Notes under the pieces: model-generated | What the model saw: only the letters and a program-made list of their open reading frames with translations | Databases searched by the model: none | Told to the model about the DNA's origin: nothing | Position numbers and translations under genes: made by a program | Assembly (NCBI RefSeq): GCF_009914755.1 | Contig: NC_060933.1 | From: the human T2T-CHM13v2.0 reference genome, Homo sapiens | Reading direction: 5' to 3' (one strand) | DNA: 64,000 bases | In this document: positions 51,578 to 64,000 of the stretch, one piece after another | Layout: every line of letters begins with the position of its first letter | How positions within the stretch are numbered: the stretch's first letter is position 1

Positions 51578-54500
51578 ACAATGCATTCCATTCCATTCCA
51601 TTCCATTCCATTCCATTCCCTTCCATTCCACTCTGGTTGATTCCATTCCTTTCCATTCCACTCGAATACATTCCCTCCTATTCCACTCGGAACGATTCCA
51701 TTCCATTCCATTCCATTCCATTCCATTCCATTCCATTCCTTTCCATTCCATTACGGATGATTCCATTCCATTGCATTCCATTCCATTCCATTCCCCTATA
51801 CTCGGGTTGATTCCATTCCATTCCATTCCAATCCATGCCATTCCACTCTTGTTGATTCCATTCTTTCCATTCAATTCAAGTTGAATCCATTCCATTGCAT
51901 TCCATTCCATTCGATTCCATTCGGTTGCACTCGGGTTGATTCCATTCCATTTCATTCCATTCCATTCCATTCAATTCCATTCCGTTCCATTCCATTCCAT
52001 TACATTTGGATTGATTCTATTCAACTCCCTTACTCTCCATTACATTCCATTCCATTCGGGTTGTTCCATTCCATTCCATTCCATTCCACTCCATTCCATT
52101 GCACTCGGGTTTATTCCATTCCATTCCATTCCATTCCATTCCAATCCATTCCATTCCATTCCATTCTATTTGGGTTAATTCCGTTCCATTCCATTCGATT
52201 GCAATCGAGTTGATTCCATTCCATTCTATTCCATTCCATTCCATTCCATTCCATTCCTTTCCATTCCATTCCATTACGGATGATTCCATTCCATTGCATT
52301 CCATTCAATTCCATTCCCCTGTACTTGGGTTGATTCCATTGCATTCCATTCCAATCCATGCCATTCCACTCGTGTTGATTCCATTCTTTCCATTCCATTC
52401 AAGTTGAATCCATTCCATTGCATTCCATTCCATTCCATTCCCCTGCAGTCGGGTTGATTCCATTCCATTCCATTCCATTCCATTCCATTCCATTCCGTTC
52501 CGTTCCATTACATTCCATTCCATTCTATTCGGGTTAATTCCATTCCATTCCATTCCATTCCATTCCAATCGAGTTGATTCCATTCCATTCAATTCCATTC
52601 CATTCCACTCCATTCCAGTCCTTTCCATTCCATTCCACTCGGGTTGATTCCAATGTATTCCTTTCCATTCCATTCCATTCCATTGCAATCGAGTTGATTC
52701 CATTGCTTTGCATTCCATTCCATTCCATTCCATTCCGGATGATTCCATTCCATTGCATTCCATTCCATTCCATTCCCCTGCACTCGGGTTGATTCCATTC
52801 CATTCCACTCCATTCCGTTCCATTCCATTCCATTCCATTGTATTCGGGTTAATTCCATTCCATTCCATTCCATTCCATTCCATTACAATCGAGTTGATTC
52901 CATTCCATTCCATTCCATTCCAGTCCTTTCCATTCCATTCCACTCGGGTTGATTCCATTCTATTAGTTTCCATTCCATTCCATTCCCTTCCATTCCACTC
53001 TGGTTGATACCATTCCTTTCCATTCCACTCGAATACATTCCCTCCTATTCCACTCGGAACGATTCCATTCCATTCCATTCCATTCCATTCCATTTCGTTC
53101 CATTCCATTCTATTCCGTATCATTCCATTCCATTCCATTCCATTCCATTCCATTCCATTCCATTCCATTCCATTGTACTCAGGTTGATTCAATTCCATTG
53201 CATTCCATTCCATTCCATTCCATTCCATTCCATTCCATTCCATTCCGTTCTATTCCATTCCATTACATTCGGATTGATTCTATTCAACTCCCTTACTCTC
53301 CATTACATTCCATTCCATTCGGGTTGTTCCATTCCATTCCATTCCATTCCACTCCATTCCATTGCACTCGGGTTGATTCCATTCCATTCCATTCTATTCC
53401 ATTCCATTCCATTCCATTCCATTCCGGATGATTCCATTCCATTGCATTCCGTTCCATTACATTCCCCTGCACTCGCGTTGATTCCATTCCATTCCATTCA
53501 ATTCCATTCCATTATAATTCGTTCCATTCCATTCTATTCCGTACCATTCCATTCCATTCCATACCATTCCATTCCATTCCATTCCATTCCATTCCGTTCC
53601 ATTCCGTTCCATTCCATTCCATTCCATTCTATTCGGATTAATTCCATTCCATTCCATTCCATTCCATTCTATTCCATTCCATTGCAATCGAGTTGAATCC
53701 ATTGCATTTCATTCCATTCCATTCCATTCCATTCCATTCCGGAAGATTCCATTCCATTGCATTCCATTCCATTCCATTCCCCTGCACTCGCGTTGATTGC
53801 ATTCCATTCCATTCCATTCCATTCCATTCCATTCCGTTCCGTTCCATTCCATTCCATTCCATTCCATTCCATTCCGTTCCGTTCCATTCCATTCCATTCC
53901 ATTCTATTCGGGTTAATTCCATTCCATTCCATTCGATTGCAATCGAGTTGATTCCATTCATTCTATTCCATTCCATTCCATTCCATTCCATTCCTTTCCA
54001 TTCCATTACGGATGATTCCATTCCATTGCATTCCATTCCATTCCATTCCCCTGTACTCGGGTTGATTCCATTCCAATCCATGCCATTCCACTCGTGTTTA
54101 TTCCATTCTTTCCATTCCATTCAAGTTGAATCCATTCCATTGCATTCCATTCCATTCCATTTCCCTGCATTCGGGTTGATTCCATTCCATTCCATTCCAT
54201 TCCATTCCACTCCATTCCATTCCGTTCCGTTCCGTTCCATTCCATTCCATTCCATTCTATTCGGGTTAATTCCATTCCATTCCATTCCATTCCATTCCAA
54301 TCGAGTTGATTCCATTCCATTCCATTCCATTCCATTCCACTCCATTCCAGTCCTTTCCATTCCATTCCACTCGGGTTGATTCCAATGTATTCCCTTCCAT
54401 TCCATTCCATTACATTGTAATCGAGTTGATTACATTGCTTTGCATTCCATTCCATTCCATTCCATTCCGGATGATTCCATTCCATTGCATTCCATTCCAT

Positions 54501-57500
54501 TCCATTCCCCTGCACTCGGGTTTATTCCATTCCATTCCACTCCATTCCGTTCCGTTCCATTCCATTCCATTGTATTCGGGTTAATTCCATTCCATTCCAT
54601 TCCATTCCATTCCATTCCATTCCATTCCATTCAATTACAATCGAGTTGATTCCATTCCATTCCATTCCATTCCAGTCCTTTCCATTCCATTCCACTCGGG
54701 TTGATTCCATTCTATTAGTTTCCATTCCATTCCATTCCCTTCCATTCCACTCTGGTTGATACCATTCCTTTCCATTCCACTCGAATACATTCCCTCCTAT
54801 TCCACTCGGAACGATTCCATTCCATTCCATTGCATTCCATTCCATTATATTCCATTCCATTTCGTTCCATTCCATTCTATTCCGTATCATTCCATTCCAT
54901 TCCATTCCATTCCATTCCATTCCAATCCATTCCATTCCATTCCTTTCCGTTCCATTCCTTTCCATTCCATTCCATTCCAATACATTCCATTCCGTTCCGT
55001 TCCGTTCCATTCCATTCCATTCCATTCTATTCGGGTTAATTCCATTCCATTCCATTCGATTGCAATCGAGTTGATTCCATTCCATTCCATTCCATTCCAT
55101 TCCATTCCATTCCATTCGTTTCCATTCCATTACGGATGATTAAATTCCATTGCATTCCATTCCATTCCATTCCCCTGTACTCGGGTTGATTCCATTCCAT
55201 TCCATTCCAATCCATGCCATTCCACTCGTGTTGATTCCATTCTTTCCATTCCATTCAAGTTGAATCCATTCCATTGCATTCCATTCCATTCCATTCCCCT
55301 GCAGTCGGGTTGTTTCCATTCCATTCCATTCCATTCCATTCCATTCCGTTCCATTCCGTTCCGTTCCATTCCATTCCATTCCATTCTATTCGGATTAATT
55401 CCATTCAATTCCATTCCATTCCATTCCATTCCATTCCAATCGAGTTGATTCCATTCCATTCCATTCCATTCCATTCCACTCCATTCCAGTCCTTTCCATT
55501 CCATTCCACTCGGGTTGATTCCAATGTATTCCTTTCCATTCCATTCCATTCCATTGCAATCGAGTTGATTCCATTGCTTTGCATTCCATTCCATTCCATT
55601 CCATTCCGGATGATTCCATTCCATTGCATTCCATTCCATTCCATTCCCCTGCACTCGGGTTGATTCCATTCCATTCCACTCCATTCCGTTCCATTCCATT
55701 CCATTGCATTGTATTCGGGTTAATTCCATTCCATTCCATTCCATTCCATTCCATTCCATTCCATTCCATTACAGTCGAGTTGATTCCATTCCATTCCATT
55801 CCATTCCAGTCCTTTCCATTCCATTCCTCTCGGGTTGATTCCATTCTATTAGTTTCCATTCCATTCCATTCCCTTCCATTCCACTCAGGTTTTTTCCATT
55901 CCTTTCCATTCCACTCGAATACATTCCCTCCTATTCCACTCAGAACGATTCCATTCCATTCCATTCCATTCCATTCCATTTCATTCCATTCCATTCTATT
56001 CCGTATCATTCCATTCCATTCCATTCCATTCCATTCCATTCCATTCCATTCCATTCCATTGTACTCTGGTTGATTCAATTCCATTGCATTCCATTCCATT
56101 CCATTCCATTCCGTTGCATTCCATTCCATTACATTCGGATTGATTCTATTCAACTCCCTTACTCTCCATTCCATTCCATTTCATTCGGGTTGTTCCATTC
56201 CATTCCATTCCATTCCACTCCATTCCATTGCACTCGGGTTGATTCCATTCCATTCCATTCCATTCCATTCCATTCCATTCCATTCCGGATGATTCCATTC
56301 CATTGCATTCCGTTCCATTACATTCCCCTGCACTCGCGTTGATCCCATTCCATTCCATTCCATTCCATTCAATTCCATTCCATTACAATTCGTTCCATTC
56401 CATTCTATTCCGTACCATTCCATTCCATTCCATACCATTCCATTCCATTCCATTCCATTCCATTCCGTTCCATTCCGTTCCATTCCATTCCATTCTATTC
56501 GAATTAATTCCATTCAATTCCATTCCATTCCATTCTATTCCATTCCATTGCAATCGAGTTGAATCCATTGCATTTCATTCCATTCCATTCCATTCCATTC
56601 CATTCCGGAAGATTCCATTCCATTGCATTCCATTCCATTCCATTCCCCTGCACTCGCGTTGATTCCATTCCATTCCATTCCATTCCATTCCATTCCGTTC
56701 CGTTCCATTCCATTCCATTCCATTCCATTCCATTCCATTCCATTCCGTTCCGTTCCATTCCATTCCATTCCATTCTATTCGGGTTAATTCCATTCCATTC
56801 TATTCGATTGCAATCGAGTTGATTCCATTCCATTCCATTCCATTCCATTCCATTCCATTCCATTCCATTCCATTCCTTTCCATTCCATTCCGGATGATGC
56901 CATTCCATTGCATTCCATACCATTCCATTCCCCTATACTCGTTTTGATTCCATTCCATTCCATTCCAATCCATGCCATTCCACTCGTGTTGATTCCATTC
57001 TTTCCATTCCATTCAAGTTGAATCCATTCGATTGCATTCCATTCCATTCGATTCCATTCCATTGCACTCGGGTTGATTCCATTCCATTCCATTCCATTGC
57101 ATTCCATTCCATTCCATTCCGGATGATTCCATTCCATTCCATTCCATTCCATTCCATTCCCCTGCAGTCGGGTTGATTCCATTCCATTCCATTCCATTCC
57201 ATTCCATTCCGTTCCATTCCATTCCATTCCATTCTATTCGGGTTAATTCCATTCCATTCCATTCCATTCCATTCCATTCCATTCCATTCCATTCCAATCG
57301 AGTTGATTCCATTCCATTCCATTCCACTCCATTCCAGTCCTTTCCATTCCATTACACTCGGGTTGATTCCATTCTATTCCTTTCCATTCCATTCCATTCC
57401 ATTGCAATCGAGTTGATTCCATTGCTTTGCATTCCATTCCATTCCATTCCATTCCGGATGATTCCATTCCATTGCATTCCATTCCATTCCATTCCCCTGC

Positions 57501-58240
57501 ACTCGGGTTGATTCCATTCCATTCCACTTCATTCTGTTCCATTCCATTCCATTCCATTGTATTCGGGTTAATTCCATTCCATTCCATTCCATTCCATTCC
57601 ATTACTCGAGTTGATTCCATTCCATTCCATTCCATTCCATTCCATTCCATTCCAGTCCTTTCCATTCCATTCCACTCGGGTTGATTCCATTCTATTAGTT
57701 TCCATTCCATTCCATTCCCTTCCATTCCACTCTGGTTGATTCCATTCTTTTCCATTCCACTCGAATACATTCCCTCCTATTCCACTCGGAACGATTCCAT
57801 TCCATTCCATTCCATTCCATTCCATTCCATTCCAGTTCGTTCCATTCCATTCTATTCCGTACCATTCCATTCCATTCCATTCCTTTCCATTCCATTCCTT
57901 TCCACTCGTGTTGTTTCCATTCCTTTCCATTCCATTCGGTTTGAAGGCATTCCATTCCATTCAATTCCATTCCATTCCATTCAATTCCATTCCATTCTAT
58001 TCCATTCCATTGCAATCGAGTTGAATCCATTCCCTTTCATTCCATTCCATTCCATTCCATTCCATTCCGGAAGATTCCATTCCATTACATTCCATTCCAT
58101 TCCATTCCCCTGCACTCGCGTTGATTCCATTCCATTCCATTCCATTCCATTCCGTTCCGTTCCATTCCATTCCATTCCATTCCATTCCATTCCATTCCAT
58201 TCCATTCCATTCCGTTCCGTTCCATTGCATTCCATTCCAT

Positions 58241-58360
58241 TCTATTCGGGTTAATTCCATTCCATTCCATTCGATTGCCATCGAGTTGATTCCATTCAAT
58301 TCCATTCCATTCTATTCGGGTTAATTTCATTCCATTCCATTCGATTGCCATCGAGTTGAT
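58241..58360. repeat. 70-bp tandem duplication
   Basis: TCTATTCGGGTTAATT...TCGATTGCCATCGAGTTGAT at 58241 and 58311. Confidence 0.85.
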
Positions 58361-61300
58361 CCCATTCCATTCCATTCCATTCCATTCCATTCCATTCCTT
58401 TCCATTCCGTTACGGATGACTCCATTCCATTGCTTTCCATTCCTTTCCATTCCCCTGTACTCGGGTTGATTCCATTCCATTCCATTCCACTCCATTCGGT
58501 TCCGTTGCATTCCATTCTATTGCATTCCATTCTATTCGGGTTAATTCCATTCCATTCTATTCCATTCCATTCCATTCCATTCCATTGCAATGGAGTTTAT
58601 TCCATTCCATTCCATTCCATTCCGGATGATTCCCTTCCATTGCATTCCATTCCATTCCATTCCCCTACACTCGTGTTGATTCCATTCCCTTCCATTCCAT
58701 TCCATTCCGTTCCATTCCATTCCATTCCATTCTATTCCGGTTAATTCCATTCCATTCCATTCCATGCCATTCCATTCCATTCCATTGCAATCGAGTTGAT
58801 TCCATTCCATTCCTTTCCATTCCATTCCATTGCCTTGCATTCCACTCGGGTTGATTCCATTCCCTTCTTTCCACTCCATTACATTCCCTTCCATTCCACT
58901 CGGAATGATTGATTCCATTCCATTCCATTCCATTTCATTCCATTGCAATCCATTCCAATCCATTCCATTCCATTCCATTCCACTCGAGTTGACTTCATTC
59001 CATTCCTTTCCATTCCATTCCATTCCTTTCCACTCTAGTTGATTCCACTCCATTCCAATCCATTGCAATCCATTCCATGCCATTCCACTCGGGTTGATTC
59101 CATTCCTTTGCATTCCATTCCATTCCATTCCATTGCATTCCATTCCATTCCATTCCGTTGCATTCCATTCCATTACATTCGGATTGATTCTATTCAACTC
59201 CCTTACTGTCCATTACATTCCATTCCATTCGGGTTGTTCCATTCGATTCCATTCCATTCCATTCCACTCCATTCCATTGCACTCGGGTTGATTCCATTCC
59301 ATTCCATTCAATTCCATTCCATTCCGGATGATTCCATTCCATTGCATTCCGTTCCATTACATTCCCCTGCACTCGGGTTGATACCATTCCATTCCTTTCC
59401 ATTCCATTCCATTCCATTCGATTCCATTCCGGATGATTCCATTCCATTGCATTCCATTGCATTCCATTCCCCTGCACTCGGGTTGATTACATTCCATTTC
59501 CTTCCCTTCCATTCCTTTCCATTCCATTCCATTCCATTCTATTCGGGTGAATTCCATTCCATTCCATTCCATTCCATTCCATTCCATTCCATTCCATTGC
59601 AATCGAGTTGATTCCATTCCATTCCATTCCATTCCGTTCCGGATGATTCCATTCCATTCCATTCCATTCCATTCCATTCCCCTGCAGTCGGGTTGATTCC
59701 ATTCCATTCCATTCTATTCCATTCTATTCCATTCCATTCCGTTCCATTCCATTCCATTCCATTCTATTCGGGTTAATTCCATTCCATTCCATTCCATTCC
59801 ATTCCATTCCATTCCATTCCAATCGAGTTGATTCCATTCCATTCCATTCCATTCCATTCCATTCCACTCCATTCCAGTCGTTTCCATTCCATTACACTCG
59901 GGTTGATTCCATTCTATTCCTTTCCATTCCATTCCATTCCGTTGCAATCGAGTTGATTCCATTGCTTTGCATTCCATTCCATTCCATTCCATTCCGGATG
60001 ATTCCATTCCATTGCATTCCATTCCATTCCATTCCCCTGCACTCGGGTTGATTCCATTCCATTCCACTCCATTCCATTCCATTCCATTCCATTCCATTTT
60101 ATTCGTGTTAATTCCATTCCATTCCATTCCATTCCATTCCATTCCATTCCATTCCATTCCATTACAATCGAGTTGATTCCATTCCATTCCATTCCTTTCC
60201 ATTCCATTCCATTCCAGTCCTTTCCATTCCATTCCACTCGGGTTGATTCCATTCTATTAGTTTCCATTCCATTCCATTCCCTTCCATTCCACTCTGGTTG
60301 ATTCCATTCCTTTCCATTCCACTCGAATACATTCCCTCCTATTCCACTCGGAACGATTCCATTTCATTCCATTCCATTCCATTCCATTCCATTCCAGTTC
60401 GTTCCATTCTTTCTATTCCGTACCATTCCATTCCATTCCATTCCTTTCCATTCCATTCTTTTCCACTCGTGTTGATTCCATTCCTTTCCGTTCCATTCGG
60501 TTTGAAGGCATTCCATTCCATTCAATTCCATTCCATTCCATTCCATTCCGTTCCGTTCCATTCCATTCCATTCCGTTCTATTCGGGTTAATTCCATTCCA
60601 TTCAATTCGATTGCCATCGAGTTGATTCCATTCCATTCCATTCCATTCCATTCCATTCCTTTCCATTCCATTACGGATGACTCCATTCCATTGCATTCCA
60701 TTCCATTCCATTCCCCTGTACTCGGGTTGATTCCATTCCATTCCATTCCACTCCATTCGGTTCCGTTGCATTCCATTCTATTGCATTCCATTCTATTCGG
60801 GTTAATTCCATTCCATTCAATTCCATTCCATTCCATTCCATTCCATTGCAATGGAGTTGATTCCATTCCATTCCATTCCATTCCGGATGATTGCATTCCA
60901 TTGCATTCCATTCCATTCCATTCCCCTGCACTCGTGTTGATTGCATTCCATTCCATTCCATTCCATTCCGTTCCATTCCATTCCATTCCATTCTATTCCG
61001 GTTAATTCCATTCCATTCCATTCCATTCCATTCCATTCCATTGCAATCGAGTTGTTTCCATTCCATTCCTTTCCATTCCATTCCTTTGCCTTGCATTCCA
61101 CTCGGGTTGATTCCATTCCCTTCTTTCCACTCCATTACATTCCCTTCCATTCCACTCGGAATGATTGATTCCATTCCATTCCATTCCATTTCATTCCATT
61201 GCTATCCATTCCAATCCATTCCATTCCATTCCATTCCACTCGAGTTGACTTCATTCCATTCCTTTCCATTCCATTCCATTCCTTTCCACTCGAGTTGATT

Positions 61301-61600
61301 CCATTCCATTCCAATCCATTGCATTCCATTCCATGCGATTCCACTCGGGTTGATTCCTTTCCTTTGCATTCCATTCCATTCCATTCCATTGCATTCCATT
61401 CCATTCCATTCCGTTGCATTCCATTCCATTACATTCGGATTGATTCTATTCAACTCCCTTACTCTCCATTACATTCCATTCCATTCGGGTTGTTCCATTC
61501 CATTCCATTCCATTCCACTCCATTCCATTGCGCTCGGGTTGATTCCATTCCATTCCATTCCATTCCATTCCATTCCGGATGATTCCATTCCATTGCATTC
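58330..61600. repeat. Diverged paralogous blocks, about 58330-59370 and 60590-61600 (offset ~2.26 kb)
   Basis: Shared GATTGCCATCGAG, GGATGACTCC (58414/60675), CCATTCGGTTCCGTTGC (58492/60753), GCAATGGAG, CCTTGCATTCC and GACTTCATTCC. Confidence 0.8.
58581..58594. other. 14-bp perfect palindrome TCCATTGCAATGGA at the uninverted paralogue of the junction's right arm (another copy at 60842-60855)
   Basis: Self-complementary sequence, followed by GTTTATTC(CATTC)4CGGATG, identical to 943 onward. Confidence 0.88.
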
Positions 61601-64000
61601 CGTTCCATTACATTCCCCTGCACTCGCGTTGATTCCATTCCATTGCATTCCATTCCATTCAATTCCATTCCATTACAATTCGTTCCATTCCATTCTATTC
61701 CGTACCATTCCATTCCATTCCATTCCATTCCGTTCCATTCCGTTCCATTCCATTCCATTCTATTCGGGTTAATTTCATTCAATTCCATTCCATCCCATTC
61801 TATTACATTCCATTGCAATCGAGTTGAATCCATTGCATTTCATTCCATTCCATTACATTCCATTCCATTCCGGAAGATTCCATTCCATTGCATTCCATTC
61901 CATTCCATTCCCCTGCACTCGCGTTGATTCCATTCCATTCCATTCCTTTCCATTCCGTTCCATTCCATTCCGTTCCGTTCCATTCCATTCCATTCCATTC
62001 CATTCCATTCCATTCCATTCCGTTCCGTTCCATTCCATTCCATTCCATTCTATTCGGGTTAATTCCATTCCATTCCATTCGATTGCAATCGTGTTGATTC
62101 CATTCCATTCCATTCCATTCCATTCCATTCCATTCCATTCCTTTCCATTCCATTACGGATGATTCCATTCCAATGCATTCCATTCCATTCCATTCCCCTG
62201 TACTCGGGTTGATTCCATTCCATTCCAATCCATGCCATTCCACTCGTGTTGATTCCATTCTTTCCATTCCATTCAAGTTGAATCCATTCCATTGCATTCC
62301 ATTCCATTCGATTCCATTCAATTGCACTCGGGTTGATTCCATTCCATTGCATTCCATTCCGTTCCATTCCATTCCATTCCATTCCTTTCCGTTCCATTCC
62401 ATTCCATTACATTCGGATTGATTCTATTCAATTCCCTTACACTCCATTCCATTCCATTCCATTCGGGTAGTTTCCATTCCATTCCATTCCATTCCTCTCC
62501 ATTCCATTGCACTCGGGTTGATTCCATTCCATTGCATTCCATTCCATTCCATTCAATTCCATTCCGTTCCATTCCATTCCATTACATTCGGACTGATTCT
62601 ATTCAACTCTCTTACTCTCCATTCCATTCCATTCCATTCGGGTTGTTCCATTCCATTCCATTCCATTCCACTCCATTCCATTGCACTCGGGTTGATTCCA
62701 TTCCATTCCATTCCATACCATTCCATTCCATTCCATTCCATTCCATTCCATTCCATTCCATTCCGTTCCATTCCGTTCCATTCCATTCCATTCCATTCTA
62801 TTCGGGTTAATTCCATTCCATTCCATTCCATTCCATTCTATTCCATTCCATTGCAATCGAGTTGAATCCATTGCATTTCATGCCATTCCATTCCATTCCA
62901 TTCCATTCCGGAAGATTCCATTCCATTGCATTCCATTCCATTCCATTCCCCTGCACTCGCGTTGATTCCATTCCATTCCATTCCATTCCATTCCATTCCA
63001 TTCCATTCCGTTCCGTTCCGTTCCATTCCATTCTATTCCATTCCATTCCATTCCATTCCTTTCCGTTCCATTCCATTCCATTCCATTCTATTTGGGTTAA
63101 TTCCATTCCATTCCATTCGATTGCAATCGAGTTGATTCCATTCCATTCCCTTCCATTCCATTCCATTCCTTTCCATTCCTTTCCATTACATTACGGATGA
63201 TTCCATTCCATTGCATTCTATTCCATTCCATTCCCCTGTACTCGGGTTGATTCCATTCCATTACATTCCAATCCATGCCATTCCACTCGTATTGAATCCA
63301 TTCTTTCCATTCCGTGCAAGTTGAATCCATTCCATTGCATTCCATTCCATTCGATTCCATTCGATTTCACTCGGGTTGATTCCATTCCATTGCATTCCAT
63401 TCCATTCCATTCCATTCCATTCCGTTCCATTCCATTCCATTACATTCGGATTGATTCTATTCAACTCCCTTACTCTCCATTACATTCCATTCCATTCGGG
63501 TTGTTCCATTCCATTCCATTCCATTCCACTCCATTCCATTGGACTCGGGTTGATTCCATTCCATTCCATTCCATTCCATTCCATTCCATTCCATTCCGGA
63601 AGATTCCATTCCATTGCATTCCAATCCATTCCATTCTCCTGCACTCGCGTTGATTCCATTCTATTCCATTCTATTCCATTCCATTCCCTTCCTTTCCGTT
63701 CCATTCCATTCCATTCCATTCCATTCCATTCCGTTCCGTTCTGTTCCGATCCGTTCCATTCCATTCCATTCCATTCTATTCGGGTTAATTCCATTCCATT
63801 CCATTCGATTGCAATCGAGTTGATTCCATTCCATTCCATTCCAATCCATTCCATTCCATTCCATTCCTTTCCATTCCATTACGGATGATTCCATTCCATT
63901 GCATTCCATTCCATTCCATTCCCCTGTACTCGGGTTGATTCCATTCCATTCCATTCCAATCCATGCCCTTCCACTCGTGTTGATTCCATTATTTCCATTC

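Larger units (their letters stand above)
943..64000 (-). repeat. Satellite 3 (HSat3/SatIII) array, C-rich (CATTC)n on +, G-rich strand on -; probably chr9q12-type (HSat3B5-like), assignment inferred
   Basis: CATTC pentamers with recurring spacers ACTCGGGTTG, ATTCGGGTTAATT, GCAATCGAGTTG, CCGGA(A/T)GATT, CCCCTG(C/T)ACTCG and GGATTGATTCTATTCAA. No non-satellite sequence seen. The subfamily is inferred from motif content and the internal inversion, not from a database match. Confidence 0.97.

Noticed and set aside
7-63954. Hundreds of ORFs encoding MEWNG- or HSIPF-repeat proteins
   Set aside because: A pentamer without stop codons gives the same peptide in all three frames on each strand. The ORFs overlap in all frames and show no domain or gene structure, so they are not CDS.
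943-64000. CRISPR-like repeat/spacer alternation
   Set aside because: The spacers are themselves recurrent mutated pentamers, not unique sequences. The repeat runs vary in length and there are no cas genes.
1-64000. HSat2, alpha satellite, telomeric repeat, DYZ1-type fixed ~3.6 kb period, or embedded transposon fragments
   Set aside because: The dense CATTCGATTC pattern of HSat2, alphoid monomers, TTAGGG tracts and Alu/L1 sequence were not seen. The single 3608-bp offset covers only about 700 bp and does not repeat.

Overview
The whole 64 kb window is classical human/primate Satellite 3 (HSat3, SatIII): (ATTCC/GGAAT)n pentamers interrupted by the diagnostic A(C/T)TCGGGTTG / CAACCCGA(G/A)T spacer and its variants. 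I see no gene, RNA gene, transposon or unique-sequence island. All listed ORFs are artefacts of a stop-free pentamer (MEWNG / HSIPF). The main structural event is a strand-polarity switch (inversion junction) at about 938-943: G-rich on + for 1-942, C-rich on + for 943-64000. This is consistent with the inversion-rich chr9q12-type HSat3 array, although the locus assignment is inference. Uninverted paralogues of both sides of the junction lie in this window (about 48229/50151 and 58581-58595). They place the breakpoint on a rare 14-bp palindrome, TCCATTGCAATGGA, that supplies AATGG(A) microhomology. The array is a hierarchical mosaic: pentamers, a ~175-bp dimeric sub-repeat, a ~0.8-0.9 kb ordered motif cycle, and recent kb-scale duplications (4.65 kb and 1.9 kb tandem, plus dispersed blocks). 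The cycle carries a perfect three-unit heat-shock element (aTTCcgGAAgaTTCc, about 45 copies by eye) in a background of TEAD/MCAT motifs. Counts and alignments were made by eye and need computational confirmation.
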